Shown here: one piece after another, positions 42,210 through 51,646 of the stretch
Numbering within the stretch: the first letter of the stretch is position 1
Layout: each line of letters begins with the position of its first letter
Assembly: GCA_019744975.1 (NCBI GenBank)
Contig: JAIETP010000015.1
Coordinates: 56,929 to 120,928 of the forward strand
Length of the DNA: 64,000 bases
DNA from: Burkholderiales bacterium
GTDB taxonomy: Bacteria; Pseudomonadota; Gammaproteobacteria; Burkholderiales; SG8-41
Reading direction: 5' to 3'
Notes under the pieces: generated by a model
Told to the model about the DNA's origin: nothing
The model's database searches: none
What the model saw: the letters and a program-made list of their open reading frames with translations, nothing else
Made by a program: the position numbers and the translations under genes

Positions 42210-42908
42210 ATGATGATCGAGCTGTACAGCTGGGCAACGCCCAATGGCCACAAAATTCATATCATGCTGGAAGAAACCGGATTGCCGTACCGGGTGCATG
42301 GCGTGAACATCCGTACCGGCGAACAGTTCAAGCCCGAGTTTCTCGGGATCAGTCCGAACAACCGTATCCCGGCCATCGTCGATCCCGAAGGCCCCAACGG
42401 CAAACCGCTGACATTGATGGAGTCCGGCGCGATCCTGCTCTATCTCGCATCGAAGTCCGGCAAATTTTTGCCCGAAGACATCAACCGGCGCTGGACCTGC
42501 GTGCAGTGGCTGATGTGGCAGATGGGTGGTGTCGGCCCGATGTTCGGACAGGCCAATCACTTCCGCCGTTATGCCAAGGACAAGATCGAATACGCGGTCG
42601 AGCGTTATACCAACGAAGCCAACCGTCTGACGCATGTGCTGGACAAACAACTGGCGCAGAACAAATTCGTCGCCGGCGGCGAATACACCATCGCCGACAT
42701 GGCGATTTTTCCCTGGATGCGCGGCGCCGAAAGCCGCGGTATCGACATGAAGGAATATCCCAACGCCAAACGCTGGTTTGACGCGATTGATGCCCGTCCT
42801 GCGGTGCAGCGTGCGCTGAAGGTATTGTCGGGGGAATCGACCAGCAACCCGGTCGACGACAAGGCGCGTGAAGTGATGTTCGGCAAGACCCAGTTCCAGA
42901 AACGCTGA
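42210..42908 (+). CDS. Nu-class glutathione S-transferase / GSH-dependent disulfide reductase (YfcG-like)
   Basis: Near-collinear with E. coli YfcG (..TPNGHKI..FKPEFLGISPNNRIPAIVD..ESGAILLYLA..WLMWQMGGVGPMFGQ..). Confidence 0.85.
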   Translation: MMIELYSWATPNGHKIHIMLEETGLPYRVHGVNIRTGEQFKPEFLGISPNNRIPAIVDPEGPNGKPLTLMESGAILLYLASKSGKFLPEDINRRWTCVQWLMWQMGGVGPMFGQANHFRRYAKDKIEYAVERYTNEANRLTHVLDKQLAQNKFVAGGEYTIADMAIFPWMRGAESRGIDMKEYPNAKRWFDAIDARPAVQRALKVLSGESTSNPVDDKAREVMFGKTQFQKR

Positions 42909-42936
42909 CACGCCCTCAAACCTGGAGCATCTTTCA

Positions 42937-44109
42937 TTGACTGCTGAAAAGAAAAACGTCGCGCTGCTGTGCGCGGCGCAGGCATTGTTGTTCACCAACA
43001 ACACCATCCTGATTGCCATCAACGGTCTGGCCGGTTATGCGCTTGCCGCCGATAAATCCCTGGCGACGCTGCCGGTCACCTCGTACGTGATTGGCGCCGC
43101 ACTGACCACGCTGCCGGTCTCGCACCTGATGCGCCGCGTCGGGCGCATCAACGGCTTTACCATCGGCACGCTGATCGGCATTCTCGGCGCATTAATCTGC
43201 GGGTTTGCGGTCTACAGCCACAGTTTCTGGACGCTGTGTTTCGGCACCCTGGTCATGGGCATCTACAACGCGTCGGGCCAGTATTACCGATTTGCCGCCG
43301 CAGACGTCGCCAGTGCCGACTTCAAGAGCAAGGCGATTTCGCTGGTGATGGCGGGAGGGCTGGTGGGTGGCATACTCGGGCCGCAAACCAGCAAATGGAC
43401 CAAGGATCTGCTGCCCGGCGAATTCCTCGGCAGCTACCTGGCGTTGATCGGTTTCTGCGTGGTGGCGCTGGTCCTGCAACGTCTGATGAGCATTCCCCGC
43501 TTGACTGCGGCCGAGCAGAAGGATCAGGGCCGGCCGCTGCGCGAAATCGCCCGCCAGCCGGCATTTCTGGTTGCCGTAATGTCCGGCATGATCGGTTACG
43601 GCGTGATGAACCTGCTGATGACCGCGACACCGCTGGCGATGAAATCCTGCGCTCATCCGTTCAGTGATGCCGCTTTTGTCATCCAGTGGCATGTCATCGC
43701 GATGTTCGCGCCGTCGTTTGTCACGGGTTCGCTGATCAAACGGTTCGGCGTGCGCAACATCCTGCTCACCGGCGTGCTGCTCAGCCTGTCCTGCGTCGCC
43801 ATCGCGCTCTCCGGCGTCGAGGTCATGCATTTCTGGCTGGCACTGGTGCTGATCGGGGTCGGCTGGAACTTCATGTACCTGGGCGGCACCACGCTGCTGA
43901 CCGAAACCCATACCCCGGCTGAAAAAGCCAAGGTGCAGGGCGCCAATGACATGGCTATTTTTATCACCATGGCGATCAGTTCGGCCTCGTCAGGCTGGCT
44001 GTTTTCGGCACGCGGCTGGGAGATCATGAACTATGGCGCGATCCCGTTCCTGTTGGTTACAGGCCTCGCCATTCTGCTGTTTGGCGGGGGCCGCAGGGCC
44101 GTCGCCTGA
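42937..44109 (+). CDS. MFS transporter
   Basis: 390 aa polytopic protein; TTG start after CTGGAG. Confidence 0.8.
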   Translation: MTAEKKNVALLCAAQALLFTNNTILIAINGLAGYALAADKSLATLPVTSYVIGAALTTLPVSHLMRRVGRINGFTIGTLIGILGALICGFAVYSHSFWTLCFGTLVMGIYNASGQYYRFAAADVASADFKSKAISLVMAGGLVGGILGPQTSKWTKDLLPGEFLGSYLALIGFCVVALVLQRLMSIPRLTAAEQKDQGRPLREIARQPAFLVAVMSGMIGYGVMNLLMTATPLAMKSCAHPFSDAAFVIQWHVIAMFAPSFVTGSLIKRFGVRNILLTGVLLSLSCVAIALSGVEVMHFWLALVLIGVGWNFMYLGGTTLLTETHTPAEKAKVQGANDMAIFITMAISSASSGWLFSARGWEIMNYGAIPFLLVTGLAILLFGGGRRAVA

Positions 44110-44226
44110 CCCGATTTTTGACGATTTGAGGTAAAATCCGGGGCGTCCGGCAGAGCGGAATCCACACATTTCGCTTTGCCTTTGTTTTTTCATAAAAATC
44201 AACGTGTTCCGCAAGAGGAGCTTCTG

Positions 44227-46065
44227 ATGAACCAGCCAGCGACCAAGGCGCAAGTCACGCCTGCGATGGATAGTCCCTCCCACGTCACCCATGCAAAACT
44301 GCTGGCCTGGGTCGCCGAAACGGCACTGCTGACCAAGCCCGAGCGCATTGTCTGGTGTGATGGTTCGCAGGAAGAATACGACCGGCTGTGCAATGAAATG
44401 GTCGCCGCCGGCACGCTGATCCGCCTCAACCAGGAAAAACGCCCGGGTTGTTTTCTCGCCCGCTCGGATCCCGACGACGTGGCGCGGATGGAAGACCGCA
44501 CCTTCGTCTGCAGCAAAAACAAGGACGACGCCGGCCCCAACAACAACTGGTTGCCGCCTGAAGAAATGAAGGCGACCATGCGCAAGCTGTACGACGGCTG
44601 CATGCGCGGCCGCACCATGTACGTGATTCCGTTCAGCATGGGCCCGCTGGGTTCGCATATCGCGCACATCGGCGTGGAATTGACGGACTCCCCATATGTC
44701 GTAGTCAGCATGCGCATCATGACCCGCATCGGCCGCAAGGTGCTGGACATCCTCGGCGCCAAGGGCGAATTCGTGCCCTGCCTGCATTCCGTGGGCATGC
44801 CGCTTGCGGCAGGGCAGAAAGACATCGCCTGGCCGAGCAACAAGGAACACAAGTTCATCACCCATTTCCCGGAAGAAAAACTGATCTGGTCTTTCGGCAG
44901 CGGCTACGGCGGCAACGCGCTGCTCGGCAAAAAATGTTTTGCGCTGCGCATCGCCTCGATCATGGCCAAAGAGCAGGGCTGGCTGGCCGAACACATGCTG
45001 ATCCTCGGCATCCAGCCCCCGGGCGGCAAAAAACATTACATCGCGGCGGCATTCCCCAGTGCCTGCGGCAAAACCAATCTGGCGATGCTGATTCCGCCGA
45101 AATCGCTGGAAGGCTGGAAGGTCACGACCATCGGTGAGGACATCGCCTGGATCAAGCCCGGTCCGGACGGCCGGCTGTATGCGATCAACCCGGAATACGG
45201 CGCCTTTGGTGTCGCGCCCGGCACCTCTGAAGAAACCAACGCCAACTGCCTGGCCGCACTGAAGAAAAACACCATTTTCACCAACGTTGCGCTGACCGAT
45301 GACGGCGACGTGTGGTGGGAGGGCTTGAGCAAGGAAGCACCGAAACACCTGACCGACTGGACCGGCAAGTCCTGGACCCCGGACAGCGGCCGCCTGGCTG
45401 CGCACCCGAACTCGCGATTCACGGTGCTGGCTTCGCAGATTCCGTCGATGGATGCTGACTGGGAAAACCCGGCCGGCGTACCGATCAGTGCCTTCCTGTT
45501 CGGCGGCCGCCGCACCACCATCGTGCCGCTGGTCACCGAAGCCAAGGACTGGAATCACGGCGTGTATCTCGCCGCGACCATGGCCTCCGAAACCACCGCG
45601 GCCATCGTCGGCAAGGTCGGTGTGGTGCGCCGCGATCCGTTTGCGATGTTGCCGTTCTGCGGTTACCACTTTGGTGATTACTTCAAACACTGGCTCAACG
45701 TCGGCACCAAAGTCAAGGTGCCGCCGAAGATTTTCGCCGTCAACTGGTTCCGCCGCGATGCCAAGGGCAAATTCATGTGGCCGGGTTTTGGCGACAACAT
45801 GCGTGTGCTGAAATGGGTGATCGAGCGTTGCGAAGGAAAATCCGGTGCCACCGAAACCCCGATCGGCAACATGCCGCGTTACGAAGACATGGAGTGGCAG
45901 GGCCTGACCGGTTTCAGCCGCGAAATGTTTGACACGCTGACCCATGTCGACCACGATGCTTGGCGTGCCGAGTTGAAGGACCACGACGAACTGTTCGCCA
46001 AACTCAAATCACGGTTGCCCGCGGAAATGACCGCGCAACGGCAGGGTCTGGAGAAGGCGCTATAA
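44227..46065 (+). CDS. pckG: Phosphoenolpyruvate carboxykinase (GTP)
   Basis: ..[13 protein letters not shown].. kinase-1a motif and GTP-type PEPCK sequence throughout. Start MNQPATK at 44227 after AGAGGAG. Confidence 0.95.
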   Translation: MNQPATKAQVTPAMDSPSHVTHAKLLAWVAETALLTKPERIVWCDGSQEEYDRLCNEMVAAGTLIRLNQEKRPGCFLARSDPDDVARMEDRTFVCSKNKDDAGPNNNWLPPEEMKATMRKLYDGCMRGRTMYVIPFSMGPLGSHIAHIGVELTDSPYVVVSMRIMTRIGRKVLDILGAKGEFVPCLHSVGMPLAAGQKDIAWPSNKEHKFITHFPEEKLIWSFGSGYGGNALLGKKCFALRIASIMAKEQGWLAEHMLILGIQPPGGKKHYIAAAFPSACGKTNLAMLIPPKSLEGWKVTTIGEDIAWIKPGPDGRLYAINPEYGAFGVAPGTSEETNANCLAALKKNTIFTNVALTDDGDVWWEGLSKEAPKHLTDWTGKSWTPDSGRLAAHPNSRFTVLASQIPSMDADWENPAGVPISAFLFGGRRTTIVPLVTEAKDWNHGVYLAATMASETTAAIVGKVGVVRRDPFAMLPFCGYHFGDYFKHWLNVGTKVKVPPKIFAVNWFRRDAKGKFMWPGFGDNMRVLKWVIERCEGKSGATETPIGNMPRYEDMEWQGLTGFSREMFDTLTHVDHDAWRAELKDHDELFAKLKSRLPAEMTAQRQGLEKAL

Positions 46066-46094
46066 GCCGCCTTTCCGCATCTTCGGTTGCAACA

Positions 46095-46136
46095 ACGGCG
46101 ACAGCGCTGCAGCGCTGCCGCCGTTTTATTTTTATC
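46095..46136 (+). terminator. Rho-independent terminator after pckG
   Basis: ACGGCGACAGCGC-tgca-GCGCTGCCGCCGT (one A.C mismatch) followed by TTTATTTTTAT. Confidence 0.8.
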
Positions 46137-46151
46137 TAAGGAGAAATATCC

Positions 46152-46316
46152 ATGGCACAACCGAACTACGGGTTTGCAAAACGGCAGCGCGAATTGGCGA
46201 AGAAGCAGAAAAAAGAGGAAAAAAAGCGGCGCAAGGAAGCCGAAAATGCACCGCCGGCGGGTGAGGGTGCGGCAGAACAACCCGGCGAACCGGCGAAGGA
46301 TTCGTCGCAGGGCTGA
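46152..46316 (+). CDS. Small lysine-rich hypothetical protein (54 aa), below the ORF-track length cutoff
   Basis: AAGGAG lies 8 nt upstream of the ATG. Product: MAQPNYGFAKRQRELAKKQKKEEKKRRKEAENAPPAGEGAAEQPGEPAKDSSQG. It is followed by the hairpin AAAGGGCGC-tccg-GCGCCCTTT. Confidence 0.5.
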   Translation: MAQPNYGFAKRQRELAKKQKKEEKKRRKEAENAPPAGEGAAEQPGEPAKDSSQG

Positions 46317-46454
46317 TGTGACGTCATCATTGAATCTGATGCAAAGGGCGCTCCGGCGCCCTTTGTCATTGAATTTCCGGCTCACCAGGAAACACATGAA
46401 GTCATTCACCGGGCGGCCCGCAAGGAAATCCCTGTTCATGCCGGAGCATGCATT

Positions 46455-47729
46455 TCAGGCCGATGCGATTGCGAGTTCGCGCCAGGATGTGGTGCATCGC
46501 GGGGATCGGCGCATGGATTTCATGCGCCATGGCTGTTCGATGCCGGCGCCGGCAAAGGTTGCGGTGTTCATGCCGTATGTTTTGTTGATCGCATCCATGG
46601 CTGCCATCAGGCGGGCGGCGCGTGATGGCTGGCCGGCGGTAAAAAGGCCCGCCTGTGCTGCGGCCATCGGTTGCAGCCCCCCCAGCATGACCCCGGCTTT
46701 TTTATAGCGATAACCCGGACGGTAAATCCGTTCGAGTCCGTGCAGTGCGGCGGCGCACAGGCGCCGGGTGTCATCCGAAGGCGCTGCCAGCGGCACCAGG
46801 GTGGCAGGACTGTGGCAGGGCGTTCCCGGCCGGTGTTTTCCGGTTTGAATGAACACGGAAACCCGGGTGCAGACGGAATGTTGCCCGCGCAACCGTTCCG
46901 CAGCGCGGATGACATAAGTCGTCACGGCTTCGCGAAGCTCTCCCAGTTCCGTCACCGGGCGGCCGAAACTCCGCGTGGCCTGGATATGGGCTTTGGCTGC
47001 CATGACATCCTCCAGCGCCAGGCAGGATTCGCCATTGAGTTCGGCAACCGTGCGCTCCAGGACCACGCTGAAATTTCTGCGAATCCGCGCAGCGCCGGCA
47101 CCCCGCAGATCGAGAACCGTATGGATATCCATGCGCTTCAGTTGCGCGGCGAGTTTTCGGCCCACACCCCAGACCCTGCCCGCCGGGATATTGCCCATCA
47201 ATGCGGTTTGTCCGGCCGCAGGCAATTCCGCCCAGTCGAACACGCCCTTGCATTCATTGCGGGTCTTGGCGACATGGTTGGCAAGTTTGGCCAGTGTTTT
47301 GGAACTGCCGATGCCGGTGCAGGTGGTGATACCCAGATACTGGTGGATGCGCCGGCGGATTTCACGGCCGTGGGTGCTCGGGCTCCCGGGCACGCCGCTG
47401 AAATCAAGAAAACACTCATCGATGGAATAAATTTCCTGGCGCGGCGTGCATTCGCCAAGCAGCGCCATCATCCTCCTGCTCATGTCGCCATAAAGCGCGT
47501 AATTGGAACTGAGCCAGACCAGGCCGTGGCTGCCGACCAGCGGACGAATTTCAAAAAACGGCACGCCCATGCGGATGCCCAGCGCCTTCGCCTCATCACT
47601 GCGCGACACCACGCAGCCGTCATTGTTGGACAGCACCACCACGGGCCGGCGTTCAAGCGCGGGATTGAACACCCGTTCGCAGGATACGTAGAAATTATTG
47701 CCGTCGACCAGCGCAATGACCCGGCTCAT
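46455..47729 (-). CDS. umuC: Y-family translesion DNA polymerase (UmuC, Pol V catalytic subunit)
   Basis: [21 protein letters not shown].. and ..SIDECFLD.. motifs. Confidence 0.92.
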   Translation of the reverse strand: MSRVIALVDGNNFYVSCERVFNPALERRPVVVLSNNDGCVVSRSDEAKALGIRMGVPFFEIRPLVGSHGLVWLSSNYALYGDMSRRMMALLGECTPRQEIYSIDECFLDFSGVPGSPSTHGREIRRRIHQYLGITTCTGIGSSKTLAKLANHVAKTRNECKGVFDWAELPAAGQTALMGNIPAGRVWGVGRKLAAQLKRMDIHTVLDLRGAGAARIRRNFSVVLERTVAELNGESCLALEDVMAAKAHIQATRSFGRPVTELGELREAVTTYVIRAAERLRGQHSVCTRVSVFIQTGKHRPGTPCHSPATLVPLAAPSDDTRRLCAAALHGLERIYRPGYRYKKAGVMLGGLQPMAAAQAGLFTAGQPSRAARLMAAMDAINKTYGMNTATFAGAGIEQPWRMKSMRRSPRCTTSWRELAIASA

Positions 47730-48208
47730 GGCGTATGCACCACATGCGCCACCACGCCCCAGATCTGCAGTTCATGATCGTCGGCGACGGCAATATCGGG
47801 GTAGGCGGGATTTTCAGCGCGCAGCGTAATCCGGCCGCGGGCGCGATGCAGGCGTTTGACCGTGAGTCCGCCGTTCAGCACAGCCACGACCACACGGCCG
47901 GATGCAGCTTCAAGCGACCGGTCAACGACCAGCAGATCGCCGTGGTGGATGCCGGCGCCGGTCATTGAATCGCCTTTGACGCGCAGGAAAAAAGTGGCCT
48001 CCGGATGCGGCGCCAGATACTCGTTCAGATCCAGGCACTGCTCAACGTGATCGGTCGCCGGCGAGGGGAAACCTGCTTCAGCCTTGCCGGCGCACAGGGG
48101 CAGCAATCGTGCCGCGGCGCCTGTGACGGCGCCCATTGGAACACTGAAGGGTAATTGGCGCGATGGCCCTGCTCGTGGTGGAAGTCGTGGTGGAAGATTC
48201 GTCGGCAT
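47726..48208 (-). CDS. umuD: UmuD-like S24 peptidase (Pol V accessory subunit)
   Basis: ..[28 protein letters not shown].. aligns with UmuD. The stop overlaps the umuC start. The start is ambiguous (48208, or 48244 if the SOS box is coding). Confidence 0.85.
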   Translation of the reverse strand: MPTNLPPRLPPRAGPSRQLPFSVPMGAVTGAAARLLPLCAGKAEAGFPSPATDHVEQCLDLNEYLAPHPEATFFLRVKGDSMTGAGIHHGDLLVVDRSLEAASGRVVVAVLNGGLTVKRLHRARGRITLRAENPAYPDIAVADDHELQIWGVVAHVVHTP

Positions 48209-48209
48209 A

Positions 48210-48225
48210 CTGTAATTATATACAG
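48210..48225 (-). promoter_or_regulatory. SOS box with an embedded TATAAT, identical to the lexA operator
   Basis: The plus strand reads CTGTAATTATATACAG, 16/16 identical to 20741..20756. It lies 1 nt from the ATG at 48208. Confidence 0.85.
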
Positions 48226-48265
48226 CATTTGTTGCCGGCGTCATTCAGCGCTTCCGCGCTTGAAC

Positions 48266-49234
48266 CTAGAGCTTGACCGTATTGCCCTTCGCAATTGACT
48301 GGATTACCGCCTCGAACGAGGCAATCGTGTTCACCATCTCGTCGGTGGTGATCGGATAAGGCGCCACACCCGCCACTGCATCAGCGAACGCATCCATCTC
48401 CGCCAGCACCGAATCGATTTTCGGAAAATCCCGGACCTCGGTCCTGCCGCCTTTGAGGCGGATGATGGTCCGCGTTTCATCAAGCGCTTCGACCGAACCT
48501 TCGTCACCGAAGGCATGTACGCGGAAGTAGAGCGGGGATGCGCGCACCGCGCCGAGAAAACCGCTGATGCCGTTCCTGAATTTGAACAGCACCGACACCG
48601 TGTCGCGCGGGTCGGCGCCGGTACGGTGGGCGATGAACTGCGCGGTGAGTTGTTCGGCCGGGCCGGCGATGTTGGCGAAGGCATCGAGGATGTGGATGCC
48701 GGTACCGGTCATGCCAGCCCCCGGGGTTTCGGCCGGCAGGTCGCGCCAGGGTGCGAAAAACTTGCTGGAGTGTTCGTTGCTGTAGTGTCCCTCGACATGC
48801 ATGACGCGGCCCAACGCGCCGCTGGCGATGACACGGCGCAACTCGACCATCGATGGCCAGAAGCGTTTGTTCTGGCCGACACCCAGCGGAACCTTGGCGG
48901 CCTTGCAGGCTGCGACTGCACGTTCGGCGTCGGCGCGGATCAGTGACAGCGGTTTTTCGCAGAACACCGCTTTGCCGGCACGGGCAACCTGCACCACCTG
49001 GTCGGCATGCAGCGAATGTGGCGTAGCCAGCACCACCGCCTGCACCATAGGGTCGGCCAGCGCTTCGTCCAGGCTTGCCGACAGTTTGAATCCTTTTGCC
49101 TTCGCGTACTCGCGCGTGGCCTCGAGCTCCTGGGTCACGCCATGCACAAAGTGCAATTTGGTGCTTTTACCCTGCACGGCGTCGGCGATGTTTTTGCCCC
49201 ACCAGCCGAGACCGACAATAGCCGCATTGATCAT
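48266..49234 (-). CDS. Gfo/Idh/MocA-family NAD(P)-dependent oxidoreductase
   Basis: MINAAIVGLGWWGKN.. Rossmann N-terminus and ..EKPL.. motif. Confidence 0.85.
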   Translation of the reverse strand: MINAAIVGLGWWGKNIADAVQGKSTKLHFVHGVTQELEATREYAKAKGFKLSASLDEALADPMVQAVVLATPHSLHADQVVQVARAGKAVFCEKPLSLIRADAERAVAACKAAKVPLGVGQNKRFWPSMVELRRVIASGALGRVMHVEGHYSNEHSSKFFAPWRDLPAETPGAGMTGTGIHILDAFANIAGPAEQLTAQFIAHRTGADPRDTVSVLFKFRNGISGFLGAVRASPLYFRVHAFGDEGSVEALDETRTIIRLKGGRTEVRDFPKIDSVLAEMDAFADAVAGVAPYPITTDEMVNTIASFEAVIQSIAKGNTVKL

Positions 49235-49266
49235 AAATTTATCAATAAAAACAAATAGTTATAATC
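49235..49266 (-). repeat. AT-rich dispersed repeat, core copy, abutting the start of the Gfo gene
   Basis: In gene sense, gattataactatttgtttttattgataaattt is followed directly by the ATG. Confidence 0.9.
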
Positions 49267-49905
49267 TTAATCATGCCTTGCCGCGCAAATCCTGCAGGCA
49301 TATTCCTCGAGCGTCGCGCGGGTCACGCCGACCGCGCCATGCTGACGGCGGTTGTATTCCTCGCTTTCGAGTTCGGTGCGAAAGGAATCGTTGAGCCGGT
49401 TGATCATGTTGAACATGCCGGTGATCAGCGAGATTTCGACGATTTCCGCATCGCTGAAATGTTTTTTGAGATCGTTCCAGACCTTGTTGTCGCTTTTGGC
49501 GGTGTTCAGCGTCATCGCTTCCGCCCAGGCCATCACGGCTTTTTCTTTTTCATTGAACAGCGGGCTGTCGCGGTAATCATCAGCCTGCAATGCATCGAAC
49601 TCGGTGTCTTTCAGTCCCAGTGCTTGACCAAGCACGTAGTTGTGTTCCGTTCAGTATTTGCAGCCGTTCACCGTTGAGGTCTTGAGCACGGCGAGATTGC
49701 GCAAGCGCACATCGGAAACGGCGCCGGCGTTGGGCTGACGCACCGCGGCAATGAAGGGCAGGGTCCAGCGCGCAAGGTAGGGACTGTGTGCAAGGATGCG
49801 CATCAGGTTGGCGGTGCGGCCGAGCATCCGGTTGGAGGCTTCAAACAGTTCTTTTGCAGGACCGGTGGCCTCCTCGTCGCTGATGCCGCGGATACGCTGG
49901 GTCAT
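49267..49905 (-). CDS. AhpD/carboxymuconolactone-decarboxylase-family protein with an in-frame UGA (candidate selenocysteine) at 49651..49653; alternatively a pseudogene
   Basis: The two ORF-track pieces share one frame. Read-through gives ..VNGCKY-U-TEHNY.., so the UGA replaces the second Cys of the family CxxC motif. The hairpin GUGCUU-GGUC-AAGCAC starts 15 nt downstream. Confidence 0.6.
49620..49635 (-). promoter_or_regulatory. Candidate bacterial SECIS apical hairpin
   Basis: The mRNA reads GUGCUU GGUC AAGCAC: a 6-bp stem with a GGUC loop. The loop begins 21 nt after the UGA. Confidence 0.5.
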
Positions 49906-49926
49906 AGCCTTGCCTTTCAGGTGAAT

Positions 49927-50448
49927 TCAGGAACTTTCGGGAACGGGTTCGATGCTGACATAACGTCCGCGGCAATAACCCAGCGGCGCGCGGTCGGCAT
50001 AACTGTAGTGCAGCACATGACCGATAAAAATCACGTGGTCGCCGCTGTAATGGCGCGCTTCGGTACGGCATTCAAATTGTGCCGCGGCGCCGTCGAGCAG
50101 CGGCATGCCGTGCGCACCGAAACCGTGGGCGACGCCGTCAAATTTGCGCGGCAACGGTTTTGCGAAACGCTGCGACAGCGCAATCTGGTCATGGGCCAGC
50201 ACATTGACGGCGAAGTGCGTGGCCTGCAGGAAATTCGGCAGATTGGGGGAGCGCAGCGACAGGCTCCACAACACCAGCGGCGGCGACAACGAGACCGAAC
50301 TGAACGAATTCGCCGTCAGACCGATGGGTTCTCCGGCGGAGGTCCTGGTGGTGACGATGGTGACGCCGGTGGCAAACAGGCCCAGCGCGTTGCGGAAGTC
50401 GCGCGGGTCGAGGTCCGGGCTGGCCGGTGCGGTCGGCGTATCGGCCAC
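49927..50448 (-). CDS. Flavin reductase (HpaC/NADH:flavin oxidoreductase family)
   Basis: ..FRNALGLFATGVTIVTT..GLTANSFSSVSLSPPLVLW.. The GTG start at 50448 lies 5 nt after the upstream stop. Confidence 0.85.
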   Translation of the reverse strand: MADTPTAPASPDLDPRDFRNALGLFATGVTIVTTRTSAGEPIGLTANSFSSVSLSPPLVLWSLSLRSPNLPNFLQATHFAVNVLAHDQIALSQRFAKPLPRKFDGVAHGFGAHGMPLLDGAAAQFECRTEARHYSGDHVIFIGHVLHYSYADRAPLGYCRGRYVSIEPVPESS

Positions 50449-50452
50449 AGTG

Positions 50453-51646
50453 CTACAGCGTCGGCAGGTCGGCGGCGATGCCGAGCAGGGACTTGCCGGC
50501 CATCGTGGTGGCGATATCCCAGGCCAGCGCGTAATGGCTGTTCGCGGCGTGGATATCACGGAAAGAACGTTGTATAACTTGTTGATTATAAAGAAATTCT
50601 CCGCCGCCGGCGCCGAACAGCAGGTCGACACCTTCGGTGCACAGGTGGGCGGCATAAGCACCATCGCGACGCATGCGGATTTTAAGGTCACGCGCAGGCA
50701 CCGCGTTGGTCGCGGCCAGGGCCATGGCTTCCCGGCAATTGCCGATCAGGATGCGCTCCGCGGCCGAGATCGCTGAGGCAGCATGGCCGAGCCGCGCCTG
50801 TGTGGTCGCGTAATCGGCGAGCAGGGTCGTGGCATAGGCGGTAATGCGATGACGAATATCGGCGCTGAATTCCTCGACGGCCCCCTGGGCAATGCCCAGG
50901 GCGGCGCCGGCCACGACATAGGGAAACATGTCGAACACCGGTAGTCGATACAGCGCGGCAGTTTCGCCGCCCGGCGCAACACCGCCTTTCATCTCCTCGA
51001 CCGTCAGTGCGCGGTGCGCCGGCACGAAGATTTCGCTGACTTCGACATCCTTGCTGCCGGTGCCGCGCAGACCCGCGACATGCCAGGTATCGATGATTTT
51101 GTAATCGGCCTTGGGCACCAGGAACACATAATATTGCGGCAGTTCACCTTCGGCGCTGCTGGTGATGCCGCCCAACATGCACCAATCGCAGGCGTCTATG
51201 CCGCTGGAGAATTTCCAATGGCCGGACAAACGAAAACCCTTGCCGTCGCGCTCGGCATGTCCCGCCGGAAACATCAGTGCTGAACCGATTAATGCGTCTG
51301 GAGAAGCGGCGCCGGGCGACGGGCCCCAGATTTCATCCTGCGCGACACGCGGCCACAGCGCGAGCATCCAGTGATGGTTGGCCAGATTGGCCAGCACCCA
51401 GGCGGTTGAACCGCAGCCGCGGCCGATGATGGCGGTCAGCTCAACGATGGCTTCATAGGACAATTCACTGCCGCCAACCCGTTTTGGCTGCAGCATGCGA
51501 AACAGGCCGCTGGCGTGCAGGTCATTGATGGTGTCGTCGGGGATGCGCCGCAGTTCTTCCGTATGAGGCGCCCGTTCGCGCAGCACCGGCACCAGTGCCT
51601 GCGCACGTTTGGCAAGTTCAGCGTGTGACGGCGCAGTTTTTGTCAT
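50453..51646 (-). CDS. Acyl-CoA-dehydrogenase-fold flavin-dependent monooxygenase, oxygenase component (HsaA/HpaH-C2-like)
   Basis: Start MTKTAPSHAELAKRAQALVPVLRERAPHTEELRRIPDD.. at 51646, with an ATGA overlap with the upstream gene. It is paired with the flavin reductase. Confidence 0.78.
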   Translation of the reverse strand: MTKTAPSHAELAKRAQALVPVLRERAPHTEELRRIPDDTINDLHASGLFRMLQPKRVGGSELSYEAIVELTAIIGRGCGSTAWVLANLANHHWMLALWPRVAQDEIWGPSPGAASPDALIGSALMFPAGHAERDGKGFRLSGHWKFSSGIDACDWCMLGGITSSAEGELPQYYVFLVPKADYKIIDTWHVAGLRGTGSKDVEVSEIFVPAHRALTVEEMKGGVAPGGETAALYRLPVFDMFPYVVAGAALGIAQGAVEEFSADIRHRITAYATTLLADYATTQARLGHAASAISAAERILIGNCREAMALAATNAVPARDLKIRMRRDGAYAAHLCTEGVDLLFGAGGGEFLYNQQVIQRSFRDIHAANSHYALAWDIATTMAGKSLLGIAADLPTL

